Shown here piece after piece: positions 39,546 through 49,233 of a DNA stretch of 64,000 nt. The first letter of the stretch is position 1. Each line of letters opens with the position of its first letter. The notes beneath the pieces are model-generated. The model saw only the letters and a list, made by a program, of their open reading frames with translations. It did not search any database and was not told the DNA's origin. This DNA is from Actinomycetota bacterium. Lineage in GTDB: Bacteria; Actinomycetota; Humimicrobiia; Humimicrobiales; Humimicrobiaceae. The stretch spans positions 4,190 through 68,189 of the forward strand of contig JAQUOE010000005.1 of NCBI GenBank assembly GCA_028717265.1, in the 5' to 3' direction. A program made the translations under genes and the position numbers.

Positions 39546-40538
39546 ATGGATTTTCTTATGGATAAAGTTTTAATTTGTTCGAGTTCTTTCGGAAAATTTA
39601 CGGATATAGGTTTAGGTTTATTGAAGAAAAATAATTATAAAATTATAATCAATGAGCTCGGAAGAGGTTTCAAAGAAGATGATTTTTTCCCTTATATCAA
39701 AGACATTGAAGGCATGATTGTGGGGAGTATGGATGAAGTCACTAAAAAGGTGATCGAGGCAGGTAAAAGATTAAAGGTTATATCTGTTCATGGCAAGGGA
39801 ACTGATAATATTGACATCGAATGTGCGACTGATCATGGTGTTTATGTTGCTAATGCAGGTAAATCAGAGAATAATAAAATAGCAGTTGCAGACTTAACAT
39901 TTGGTTTGATTTTATCGATTGCTCGAAATATTCCTACTGCCAATGAAATGGTAAAAAACTGTGTTTGGCAAAGAATAGTCGGGAAAAATGTGGGCAAAAA
40001 AGTTATTGGAATAATTGGTGCCGGTGAAATTGGGAAAGAAGTAATAAAGAGAGCAAAAGGATTTGAAATGGAGGTACTGGTAAATGATTTATTCGAGGAC
40101 CAATATCTGCTGAAGAACTATAAAGTAAAATACACGACTTTGGATTATTTATTAAAAAATTCAGATTTCATATCAATAAACGTAACACTGACAAGTGATA
40201 CTGAAAAATTAATTAGTGATAGAGAATTTAACTTAATGAAGCCCGGTGCTTTCCTGGTTAATACATCCAGGGGTAAAGTAATCGATGAGAAAGCTTTGTA
40301 CAATGCTTTAAAGGAGAATAAAATAGCAGGTGCGGCTATAGATGTTTATAACGCCGAGCCTATAAAAGCGACGGATCCTTTACTTAAACTTGATAATATA
40401 ATCACCACTCCGCACTATGGATTACACACTATTGAATCTCTTGAAGAAGTTGATTATATTTCAGCGAAAAATGTAGTTGATGCATTAAGAGGTGAAAAAC
40501 TGATAAATGCGCTAAATGATCCGATTAGTATTGATTAA
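39546..40538 (+). CDS. D-isomer-specific 2-hydroxyacid dehydrogenase (PGDH-like)
   Basis: GIIGAGEIGKEV NAD-binding loop and the catalytic region ...TPHYG. Confidence 0.8.
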   Translation: MDFLMDKVLICSSSFGKFTDIGLGLLKKNNYKIIINELGRGFKEDDFFPYIKDIEGMIVGSMDEVTKKVIEAGKRLKVISVHGKGTDNIDIECATDHGVYVANAGKSENNKIAVADLTFGLILSIARNIPTANEMVKNCVWQRIVGKNVGKKVIGIIGAGEIGKEVIKRAKGFEMEVLVNDLFEDQYLLKNYKVKYTTLDYLLKNSDFISINVTLTSDTEKLISDREFNLMKPGAFLVNTSRGKVIDEKALYNALKENKIAGAAIDVYNAEPIKATDPLLKLDNIITTPHYGLHTIESLEEVDYISAKNVVDALRGEKLINALNDPISID

Positions 40539-40573
40539 CATGGCAAACGATGAGTTTTTTCAAGGAGGAAAAA

Positions 40574-41248
40574 ATGATAGTCGAATTATCGTATTTAATT
40601 GGCGATTTGAATCCGGTTGAAATGTTAGGATTGTTAAAACCCGATATTAAATGGAGAGCAAGGTTTGGAGATGGTCAGGGCAAAAGCAATCAAACAAGTA
40701 ATATAGAAATGTCCAGTCATAATGGTACACACATAGATGCTCCATTTCATGTTTTAGAGAATGGAAAAAAAATAACGGATTTCGATATTTCCAATTTTTA
40801 TTTCGAAAAGGTTTTAGTTATTGATTGCGAAAAGAAAGACCTTGAAAAAATAGAGATAAATGACCTGAAACCTTATGAGAAGAATTTAAAAAATATTCAA
40901 TTATTGTTGATTTATACTGGTTTTAGCAAGTACAGATTTACGGAGACGGAAAGATATATAAAAAAATCACCGGGCTTTTCAATTGAAAGTGCTAAATTTA
41001 TTAAAAACAATTTTCCGAATATTAGATGTATCGGCGTTGATCTTATGGGTATTGAGAATATTATTGAAGGTAGGGAATCAGAATGGGTAATTCATAAAAT
41101 ATTATTTGAGGGTAATTCTAATTATTTTCATATTGAAGATATGAATGTTAAACCTGTTGCAGATAAAGAAGTTAAGAGAGTATTCATAGGACCAATCAGG
41201 TTTATTGGGTTGGAAGCTTCTCCCGTTACGATTATGGCAGAAATCTAG
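40574..41248 (+). CDS. cyclase-family protein, paralogue 3
   Basis: HNGTHIDAPFH motif. Start placed at the ATG six nt after the aaggagg RBS (the ORF track's upstream start is less likely). Confidence 0.75.
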   Translation: MIVELSYLIGDLNPVEMLGLLKPDIKWRARFGDGQGKSNQTSNIEMSSHNGTHIDAPFHVLENGKKITDFDISNFYFEKVLVIDCEKKDLEKIEINDLKPYEKNLKNIQLLLIYTGFSKYRFTETERYIKKSPGFSIESAKFIKNNFPNIRCIGVDLMGIENIIEGRESEWVIHKILFEGNSNYFHIEDMNVKPVADKEVKRVFIGPIRFIGLEASPVTIMAEI

Positions 41249-41289
41249 ACTGATAAATATTATTTGAGAAAGAATAGGATAAATAAGGC

Positions 41290-41691
41290 ATGAAGAAACT
41301 TTTTAAGACTGTTGAGCATATAGGGATTTATTCTTCTGATACAACCAGATTAGCAAATTGGTACATTGAGCTATTCGGATTAGAATTATTATTAAAGATC
41401 GAAAAAAGACCTGAGAGTAAATCAGTATATTTTTTAAAATCTAATGGAACGGTCATTGAAGTCTTGCCCGCAAAAAGTGATGCCGGCATGGAGAGGGAAA
41501 TCGGTGATACGGGCATAAACCATATCGGAGTCATAGTAGAAAATTTCGATGAGGCTGAAAAATATTTTGAAAAAAGAGGAGTCGTGTTAAGCGATATAAG
41601 AGAAACCAGCCTGGGCTGGAAGATCGGATACCTGAGAGACCTGGAAGATAATATAATTGAGGTTATCCATAAACCGGAAAATCATTTTTAA
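41290..41691 (+). CDS. VOC-family protein, paralogue 2
   Basis: VEHIGIYSSD...GINHIGVIVENFDEA. 133 aa. Confidence 0.7.
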   Translation: MKKLFKTVEHIGIYSSDTTRLANWYIELFGLELLLKIEKRPESKSVYFLKSNGTVIEVLPAKSDAGMEREIGDTGINHIGVIVENFDEAEKYFEKRGVVLSDIRETSLGWKIGYLRDLEDNIIEVIHKPENHF

Positions 41692-41788
41692 TAAAATACG
41701 AATGTAGAATTAGGAAAAAGATATCCGGAAAGAAATCTATACAAATTTTATTGAATTGAATAAGAATTATAATAAGGAAAATTTATAG

Positions 41789-42175
41789 ATGGATTTTAAA
41801 AGGATTATGCATGTAGGAATAATGGCCAAGAATACCGGTTCTTTATGTAATTGGTATATAAAGAAATTGGGCTTTAAAAAAGTATATCAGTTGCCGGCTA
41901 CCATGGAAAGATCTGAAGTGTATTGGTTGAAATTTGAAAACAACATGATTGAGATAGTACCCGCAAATAATAATATGAGACGCAATCGTTCAATAAAAGA
42001 TCCGGGTATCAGCCATTTCTCGATAACTGTCGAATGTTTTGACGAATATCTGGAAAAAATAATTAAAAAGGGAATAAAAGTAGAGGATATACATGAATTT
42101 AAAGAGTTCAAATGTGGTTTTTTTAATGATGGGGAAGGAAATCTTGTAGAAATTTTGTCCTTCACGAAATTATGA
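41789..42175 (+). CDS. VOC-family protein, paralogue 3
   Basis: IMHVGIMAKN...GISHFSITVECFDE. 128 aa. Confidence 0.7.
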   Translation: MDFKRIMHVGIMAKNTGSLCNWYIKKLGFKKVYQLPATMERSEVYWLKFENNMIEIVPANNNMRRNRSIKDPGISHFSITVECFDEYLEKIIKKGIKVEDIHEFKEFKCGFFNDGEGNLVEILSFTKL

Positions 42176-42954
42176 GGATTGTTAGGAGGTATATATTGGA
42201 TAAAATTGAATTGGCTATAGGAGTTCCTGATGTTTGTAAGAAAATTACAATTTTTACGAAAACAGGAGAATTAATAAGTAAAGTTGATAAAAAGAAAATC
42301 GATCAACTTGGGAAAAAAGCCAGAGAAATGGCAGCCTCGTATTCTGCACCAGGTTGTGCTACCGATGCTTTTCTGGGTATTACGGAAGCCCTGGAAATAA
42401 AAGGCCGGGAAGAAGTATTTAAAGCTACCTTAGGATTGTCCGGCGGATGCGGTCAAATGGTAAGGGGAACATGTGGTGCCATATTGGGTATGGCAATGGC
42501 AATATCTTTAAGTTTTGGTATCGATAAAAAAATAAACGATGAAATAAGAAAAGACAGTGAAACGATGGTCCCTTTTTATAAGAGAAGGATGCCAAAGTGG
42601 AGATATATAATGTTCAATAAAATTTTGTATGTGATTGACAGAGTTAAAGATAAATATGGCGGAACCACCTGTGCCGATATACAATTCGAACGACACGGCC
42701 AAACCTTTGATTCCAGAGATCCCAGAATAAGAGAGTTATGGCATGCTGATATCCAGAAATGCAGAGAAGTTGAAGGAGATATTGCGGAGTGGGGAGTTTT
42801 TTCACTGCTGCAGTCAACAAAATGGGATGAGGGTCTGAAGGAATGGGATCTGCCAAAAGAGATCCTTAAAAGGGGAGATCAATATTTTAAAGAAGAGGAA
42901 GGATTTGATTTACCGCCAAGATGGGAGGATAACTGGGATAGACATAAATATTGA
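42172..42954 (+). CDS. C_GCAxxG_C_C-family putative redox-active protein with long C-terminal extension
   Basis: PGCATDAFLG...GLSGGCGQMVRGTCGA matches the C_GCAxxG_C_C family cysteine pattern. ~110 extra C-terminal residues rich in W/D/E. Confidence 0.5.
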   Translation: MRIVRRYILDKIELAIGVPDVCKKITIFTKTGELISKVDKKKIDQLGKKAREMAASYSAPGCATDAFLGITEALEIKGREEVFKATLGLSGGCGQMVRGTCGAILGMAMAISLSFGIDKKINDEIRKDSETMVPFYKRRMPKWRYIMFNKILYVIDRVKDKYGGTTCADIQFERHGQTFDSRDPRIRELWHADIQKCREVEGDIAEWGVFSLLQSTKWDEGLKEWDLPKEILKRGDQYFKEEEGFDLPPRWEDNWDRHKY

Positions 42955-43150
42955 CGGCTTATTTTAAGAGTTACTATGTAAAAAATTTATTTACCGATTC
43001 TATAGTTAATATCTTTGTAATAACCTTAATTTGCATTGTTAAATGTTGCCAGTATGATTTGTTCAATAAAAAATAATATTCTATTCAGTATTGAAATTTT
43101 TAAATTATTAGATAGTTATTGTCTATAAACAATATCAGGGAGGAATGTAA

Positions 43151-43636
43151 ATGGAAAAAGAAATATGGCTGCAACACGTTGGTATAGGAGCAAAGGATGC
43201 GAATAAACTTGTTGATTGGTACTGTGATGTTTTAGGGCTTGAAAAGGTCTATGAAATTCCTGCTACAGAATATAGATCCGGCATGCCCTGCATAGGTATA
43301 GGGAAAAAAGATAAAATAGTAATTGAAATTTTCCAGAATGGAGAATTTAATCCATTGACGGGAAAACCATTAACCGAAGATGAAAAATCAAGAGTTTTTG
43401 ATAAAAATGGAGAAATTAAGGATATAAAACGTGATTTAATTGATCAGGGCATAAATCATATAGGTTTTAGAGTGGATGACTTTAAAAAATTCTCAAAGAA
43501 TTTGGAAAAAAAAGGAGTAAATTTTATAAAAGAAAGAAAAACATCCAAGGGCTGGACAATGGGTATGTTATCAGATCCGGAAGGTAATCTGATTGAAATA
43601 TTTTGGGCCGATGAGCTGCTTCCATATGAAAAATAA
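43151..43636 (+). CDS. VOC-family protein, paralogue 4
   Basis: LQHVGIGAKD...GINHIGFRVDDF. 161 aa. Confidence 0.65.
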   Translation: MEKEIWLQHVGIGAKDANKLVDWYCDVLGLEKVYEIPATEYRSGMPCIGIGKKDKIVIEIFQNGEFNPLTGKPLTEDEKSRVFDKNGEIKDIKRDLIDQGINHIGFRVDDFKKFSKNLEKKGVNFIKERKTSKGWTMGMLSDPEGNLIEIFWADELLPYEK

Positions 43637-43691
43637 TTTTTTAATTCGGCATTGTTTATTATATGTAAAAAATTCTATATAAAAAGGAACA

Positions 43692-44456
43692 TTGAGAATG
43701 AATGAAGAATTTTCCAATAAAGTATGTATTGTAACCGGGGGAGCAACAAATATCGGGAAAGTTACAGCTCTGTCGTTTGCCAGAGGAGGCGCTAAAGTAG
43801 CAATTATCGATATCAAAGAGAAGGAAGGTAAAGAGACCTTAAAGGAAATCGAGCAGTATTCGGAAGGTTTATTCATTAAAACCGATATAGCTCTGTGCGA
43901 TAATGTAAAGAAATCGGTGAAAGAAGTATATGATAAATTCGGACATATTGATATCCTGGTCAATAACGCTGTTATTTGTTTGCATTGTTACGGCAAGGAT
44001 GTTTCAGAGGAAGTATGGAATAAAATGACGGATGTCAATCTTAAGGCCTTATTCTTTTTTTCACAGGAAGTATCGAAAATAATGAAAATCCAGAAGAGCG
44101 GAAGAATTATTAATACGGCATCTTCAACCGGGGTAGCTGCGAGAAAAGATTATTTAGTATATACCGGTCAGAAAGCAGGAGTGATCGGTCTTACTAAAGC
44201 ACTGGCATTAGAATTAGCAGAATATAATATTCTGGTCAATTCAGTTTCACCTGGTTATGTTTTAACAAAGGCAAAAGAGAAATTGGTTAAAGATAGGAAA
44301 TTTATGAATTGGCTAAAAACAAGAATACCAATTGGAAGATTTATATCTATGCAGGAAATTGCTAATGTGTATTTATTTTTAGCATCCGATAGATCTTCCG
44401 CCATAACTGGCCAGAATATTATTGTTGATGGAGGCTGGCTTATTAATCAAGGATAA
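43692..44456 (+). CDS. SDR-family oxidoreductase (tandem copy 1)
   Basis: VTGGATNIGK, NNAV, Y..K motifs. Full-length classical SDR. Confidence 0.85.
   Translation: MRMNEEFSNKVCIVTGGATNIGKVTALSFARGGAKVAIIDIKEKEGKETLKEIEQYSEGLFIKTDIALCDNVKKSVKEVYDKFGHIDILVNNAVICLHCYGKDVSEEVWNKMTDVNLKALFFFSQEVSKIMKIQKSGRIINTASSTGVAARKDYLVYTGQKAGVIGLTKALALELAEYNILVNSVSPGYVLTKAKEKLVKDRKFMNWLKTRIPIGRFISMQEIANVYLFLASDRSSAITGQNIIVDGGWLINQG
43705..43972. repeat. 268-nt identical segment shared by the 5' halves of the two tandem SDR genes (copy A)
   Basis: Identical to 44502..44769. A second ~50-nt identical patch lies at ~44043..44092 vs ~44840..44889. Confidence 0.85.
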
Positions 44457-44491
44457 ATGATAGTTTAATTTAATTATAAGGATGAAGAAAT

Positions 44492-45241
44492 ATGGATCAA
44501 AAAGAATTTTCCAATAAAGTATGTATTGTAACCGGGGGAGCAACAAATATCGGGAAAGTTACAGCTCTGTCGTTTGCCAGAGGAGGCGCTAAAGTAGCAA
44601 TTATCGATATCAAAGAGAAGGAAGGTAAAGAGACCTTAAAGGAAATCGAGCAGTATTCGGAAGGTTTATTCATTAAAACCGATATAGCTCTGTGCGATAA
44701 TGTAAAGAAATCGGTGAAAGAAGTATATGATAAATTCGGACATATTGATATCCTGGTCAATAACGCTGTATTAATAATTCCCAAATCCGTTCTGGATATT
44801 TCGGAAGAAGAATTTGATAGAATGCATAATATAATTTGCAAAGCATCATTCTTTTTTTCACAGGAAGTATCGAAAATAATGAAAATCCAGAAGAGTGGGA
44901 AAATCGTTAATATAGCAACCAGTCCTGGAGAAAACAAAAAGCATACCTACCATATTCCAAAAGCCGGGGTTATAAGAATGACCCAGGCATTTGCAGTTAA
45001 ACTTGCAGAATTTAACATAAATGTTAATTCGGTTTCACCAAATTTCACTCTCACTGACAGGCATATACCGGGGGTTTGTCCTGAAAAAACTTTGGAATTT
45101 TATAAAGAAAGAGCACCCATGGGCAGATTTGTTACAATGGAAGATGTTGCAAATGCAGTTTTATTTTTTGCATCAGAAAAGTCTTCAATCATAAATGGGC
45201 AGGATCTGGTTTTAGATGGTGGCTGGTCCATACACGCTTAA
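44492..45241 (+). CDS. SDR-family oxidoreductase (tandem copy 2, divergent substrate-binding half)
   Basis: First ~94 residues identical to copy 1, then divergent. Confidence 0.8.
   Translation: MDQKEFSNKVCIVTGGATNIGKVTALSFARGGAKVAIIDIKEKEGKETLKEIEQYSEGLFIKTDIALCDNVKKSVKEVYDKFGHIDILVNNAVLIIPKSVLDISEEEFDRMHNIICKASFFFSQEVSKIMKIQKSGKIVNIATSPGENKKHTYHIPKAGVIRMTQAFAVKLAEFNINVNSVSPNFTLTDRHIPGVCPEKTLEFYKERAPMGRFVTMEDVANAVLFFASEKSSIINGQDLVLDGGWSIHA
44502..44769. repeat. 268-nt identical segment (copy B)
   Basis: See copy A. Confidence 0.85.
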
Positions 45242-45268
45242 ATTACAAAGTAATTATTGTTTTACAAT

Positions 45269-46831
45269 ATGAGTAAAAAATATATTATCACTTATGATAT
45301 AGGTACTACAGGTGCTAAGGCATGTTTATTCGATCAAAACTTAAATGTTATCGCATCTGATTTCGTTTCTTATAGAACTTATTATCCTAAAGAAAATTTA
45401 TCGAATCAAAAACCAACTGAATGGTGGAATGCTGTTTGTAAAAGTACAAAGAGATTAATTGATGTTTCTAAAATAGATAACAAAGAAATAGTTGTTATCG
45501 GAGTTGCCGGGCAGTACCCTGTTATAGTACCAATCGATAGAAACAATGAATTGCTAACTGACGATGTCCCCGTATTTTCCGATATAAGGGCTATCAAGCA
45601 GGCTGAAAGATTAGTCAACGGAATTGGAAGTTCTGATGGTTTATATAAAATAATTGGAAGTGGCAGACAGGCTATGTTAAGTGTATGTAAGGCTATGTGG
45701 ATTAAAGATAATTATCCTGGTACATTTAAAAAAGTACATAAATTCGTAGCGACGAAAGATTATATAAATATGAAATTAACCGATGTTCTTAGTACCGATT
45801 ATAGCGATTTTTGTGCCAGTGGTTTTATGGATATAAGTAAAAGGCAATTTTCAGATGAAATTTTAGATGTATCAGGTATCAAAATTGATAAAATTCCGGA
45901 AATACGTAAGTCACATCATATTATTGGGGGTGTTAGCAAAAAAGCTGCAGGAAGCACCGGTCTGAAAGAGGGCACCCCGGTTATAGCGGGAGCTGCAGAT
46001 GCGCTGTGCGCCTGTATAGGTTCAGGAGTAATTGAAAAAGGGGAAGCATGCATGAGCATTGGCTCTGTAAACTGGACCAGTATAGTAGCGGGTGAGCCTT
46101 TTTTAAATACAAATTATAAGGTTTCCAGTCAATTACCTTTTCCATGGGAAAATGCTTATAATCCCTTGATTGATACTTATGCAGGTGGTTTAAGTCAGGA
46201 ATGGTTTAAAAACAAAATTTATAAGACTGAAGAATTGATATTTAAAGAATTGAATTTGAATATTTATGATTTCATGAATAAAAAAGTCGAGGAAATTAAT
46301 CCCGGATCGGATGGATTATTATTTTTGCCTTATTTAAAAGCTGAAGGTCCGCCTTATTATAATCCGAATATGAGAGCATCTTTTATAGGATTAAGTATGT
46401 ATCATAATAGGGAACATATGCTCAGATCAGTATTTGAAGGAACTTGTTTAAACATGAAACTTCTTTTAGAGATATTTAATAAAAATGGTGTAACAGTAAA
46501 TGACTTTAAAGAAATCAAGGTTGTAAGTGGTGGGGTAACTTCCAGAAATTGGATGCAGTGTTACTCGGATATTCTAAATATGCAATTAGCAGTAGTCAAG
46601 GATCCCAGGCAGGCAACGACAAAAGGTATAGCGATTGTAGCAGGTGTAGGGGCTGGAATTTGGAAAAGCTTTAAAGATGCCACTGCCCTGACTGGAATTA
46701 GTGAAATTTATGAACCTCAAATAAAATTTCAGGAAAAATATAGAAAATTATTTGAAGTTTATAAAAAATGTAGTTTAAAAATGGTAGAGATTTGCAATGA
46801 TCTGGCAGATTTTAGGGAAGATAAAAAATAA
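45269..46831 (+). CDS. FGGY-family carbohydrate kinase (xylulokinase/glycerol-kinase-like)
   Basis: YIITYDIGTTGAKACLFD N-terminal ASKHA motif. The ORF-track start at 45257 is a TTG; ATG at 45269 preferred. Confidence 0.8.
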   Translation: MSKKYIITYDIGTTGAKACLFDQNLNVIASDFVSYRTYYPKENLSNQKPTEWWNAVCKSTKRLIDVSKIDNKEIVVIGVAGQYPVIVPIDRNNELLTDDVPVFSDIRAIKQAERLVNGIGSSDGLYKIIGSGRQAMLSVCKAMWIKDNYPGTFKKVHKFVATKDYINMKLTDVLSTDYSDFCASGFMDISKRQFSDEILDVSGIKIDKIPEIRKSHHIIGGVSKKAAGSTGLKEGTPVIAGAADALCACIGSGVIEKGEACMSIGSVNWTSIVAGEPFLNTNYKVSSQLPFPWENAYNPLIDTYAGGLSQEWFKNKIYKTEELIFKELNLNIYDFMNKKVEEINPGSDGLLFLPYLKAEGPPYYNPNMRASFIGLSMYHNREHMLRSVFEGTCLNMKLLLEIFNKNGVTVNDFKEIKVVSGGVTSRNWMQCYSDILNMQLAVVKDPRQATTKGIAIVAGVGAGIWKSFKDATALTGISEIYEPQIKFQEKYRKLFEVYKKCSLKMVEICNDLADFREDKK

Positions 46832-46899
46832 GCATAAAATTTCTTAAAATCCGAATATTTTTATAAAGATAATTTTACCCTGAATACGGAGTTGATTTA

Positions 46900-47748
46900 T
46901 TGGATCTAATTTGTTATTCATGTTTGTTAAGACAGTTAATAGATTTATTATCATGTGCAAAAGTAAGTTCTGAAAAAAGTCACGAAGTCTTTTTTAAAGT
47001 ATATGATTACATAAAAAACAGGCCGTTAGATGAATTATGTCTACAGATTGGGAATGAGATATATTTAATTCTAAAAGAAGAAACGGGAATCGGGGACCCA
47101 TGCAGGGAAATTAAAGATATTAGCAATAAGTTATCATTAGAGATTTATCCCTGGTTAAAAAAAATTGTACAAAATTCGAAGAATAAGCTCGAAACGGCAT
47201 TAAAAATTGCGATAGCAGGTAATGTCATAGATGTTGGGGCGGGCATAGATCTGGACTTAAGGAAAGCAGTTGAACAAACCATAATCCAGGATATAGATGA
47301 AAGATATTATCGCGATTTTGTTAGCCTTATTTCGAATGCAAATAATATAATATTTCTGGCAGATAATGTAGGAGAGGTTGTTTTTGATAGAGTTTTTTTA
47401 GAAGAAATAAAAAAAGTTAATAAAAATAAAATTTATTATGTAGTAAAAGATAAACCATATCTTAATGATGCTCTCAGAAATGATGCAATCTGTGCCAGAA
47501 TAGATAAGATCGCAGAAGTCATTTCAAATAGCTCCGACTATGCAGGGACACAATTAGATAAATGTCATAGCAGTTTCTTGAAAGAATTCAATAAAGCCGA
47601 TTTGATTATTTCTAAGGGTTATGCGAATTATATGAGCTTAAAGAATATTGAAAAGCCTATTTTTTTTCTTTTTAAAATAAAGTGTCCGTTAATGCAGGAT
47701 GAATTTAATGTAAAAAAAGGCTCTATAATATTTAAAAATAATCTGTAA
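46900..47748 (+). CDS. DUF89 / ARMT1-like metal-dependent sugar-phosphate phosphatase (candidate)
   Basis: FLADNVGEVVFD matches the DUF89 DNxGxExxxD metal-site motif. Upstream IAGNVIDVGAG. Confidence 0.5.
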   Translation: MDLICYSCLLRQLIDLLSCAKVSSEKSHEVFFKVYDYIKNRPLDELCLQIGNEIYLILKEETGIGDPCREIKDISNKLSLEIYPWLKKIVQNSKNKLETALKIAIAGNVIDVGAGIDLDLRKAVEQTIIQDIDERYYRDFVSLISNANNIIFLADNVGEVVFDRVFLEEIKKVNKNKIYYVVKDKPYLNDALRNDAICARIDKIAEVISNSSDYAGTQLDKCHSSFLKEFNKADLIISKGYANYMSLKNIEKPIFFLFKIKCPLMQDEFNVKKGSIIFKNNL

Positions 47749-48267
47749 GTAACTCTGGTAACGATACTTCTTATAGAATAACTTTTTGATAAACTCTATT
47801 AAACCGGTCAGTATAAAAAAGGAATCCATAGTCTCTGAAAGCTTATTTTTAAAAGCAAAGAAAAGTCTGCTGCCAATAGATGTGACCACAACAGAAGAGA
47901 AAAAAATAATGTATATTTTATTTGGAAAACTCTTTTGCCATAGAGTGGAAAAGGTCTAAACAATGACTTTTAAATTATTGAAATTGAAAATAAAAAAGAG
48001 AAAATTAATAAAGAAATTGATATACTGGCGAAAATGTAGATAAAATTGCCACCGATGGGCTAATGGCAGAGGCAGTTCACCCGGCTTCTACCTTAAAAAC
48101 CCCAGGGATTTAGTACAGGATTTAATCAATGCTGAGGATAATCTAGCTAGTTCAGGTGTTACATTCAGGAAGAAAATTAAAGTTATTTAAGTATAAAAGC
48201 TCGGTATAATTTAAACCACTGGCTAATAATTATAACAAGTTAAAATCTTATTAGTTCTAATTATAAT

Positions 48268-49233
48268 TTATATAGGCATAGCAATATTACTAAAATCCTT
48301 CAATTTTTTAATAGCCAATATTATTGCTCCTTCTACCGGGCTTCTCACAAGTGGTTTAAAATTAATATGTGGAAACTTTTCCTTTAATTTATTTACTACG
48401 ATATTTTTAAAATACCTTTTACAATTGAATAAGCCACCAACAAAAACAAGATCAAACTCCTTATTTTTAAAGCCAAGCTTATTAGCAACAGCAGTAACAG
48501 AAATTACGGCTTCCTCCGCTTCACCGGTTAATATATCAATACTTATCCTGTCTTTTATTTGTGCAGTCGTACATACTATTTTAGCCAGTGAGCTAATTCT
48601 TTGTTTTGAAAATGTTTCTTTATATACCCAATTGGGTATATCCAATACTTCTTTTAAGTTCAAATTTTCCAATATTATTTTAGACAGCAAAGTTTCTTCA
48701 CCGCGCCCGTCATAGGCTCTCATAACTGCTCTTAAAGCTTTAAGACCTACATTGTAGCCGCTGCCTTCATCTGCAAGAATATAATCCCAGCCAGTCGATA
48801 CTACATTTTCCCCTTCTTCATTAATTCCAAAACAGTTGGAACCAGCCCCAGCAATAATTATTATCTTATTTTTACTTTCACTTCCTGCCTCAAGACCAAT
48901 TCTTGTATCATTACAGATAATAGTTCTTTTTGGATAAAGAAAACTTCTTAATCTGCTGTTAAATGCAATTTTCTTATAAATTTTAGAGTCCTTTTCTGTG
49001 TTGTTACCTGCAAAACCGAAACAAGAACTTATAAAATGAACTTTTCCATATACTTCTAAATTTTTAACGGCATCAAAAATAGCTGTATTAAGATTTTTTA
49101 TCGCATTATTTATTCCAACACTTTTACAATTACTTGAACTTGAAATGGCTTCGCTAACGACTTTTCCATTAGTTTCTGCAATTTGTACAGTGGTTTTTGA
49201 GCCACCTCCATCAACTGCTAAGATATACTTCAT
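48268..49233 (-). CDS. BadF/BadG/BcrA/BcrD-type ATPase (GlcNAc-kinase-like ASKHA)
   Basis: ILAVDGGGSKTT N-terminal phosphate-1 motif. 321 aa. Confidence 0.7.
   Translation of the reverse strand: MKYILAVDGGGSKTTVQIAETNGKVVSEAISSSSNCKSVGINNAIKNLNTAIFDAVKNLEVYGKVHFISSCFGFAGNNTEKDSKIYKKIAFNSRLRSFLYPKRTIICNDTRIGLEAGSESKNKIIIIAGAGSNCFGINEEGENVVSTGWDYILADEGSGYNVGLKALRAVMRAYDGRGEETLLSKIILENLNLKEVLDIPNWVYKETFSKQRISSLAKIVCTTAQIKDRISIDILTGEAEEAVISVTAVANKLGFKNKEFDLVFVGGLFNCKRYFKNIVVNKLKEKFPHINFKPLVRSPVEGAIILAIKKLKDFSNIAMPI

Noticed and set aside
40550-40573. Upstream ATG start for cyclase paralogue 3 as given in the ORF track
   Set aside because: A canonical aaggagg RBS sits inside this extension, 6 nt before the ATG at 40574. 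The downstream ATG is therefore the more likely start.
47940-48200. Possible structured ncRNA or riboswitch in the long spacer upstream of the BadF-type gene (GC-richer patch gccaccgatgggctaatggcagaggcagttcacccgg)
   Set aside because: No recognisable riboswitch consensus, no convincing conserved stem architecture, and no tRNA-like T-arm. Could simply be a promoter region or a short decayed fragment.
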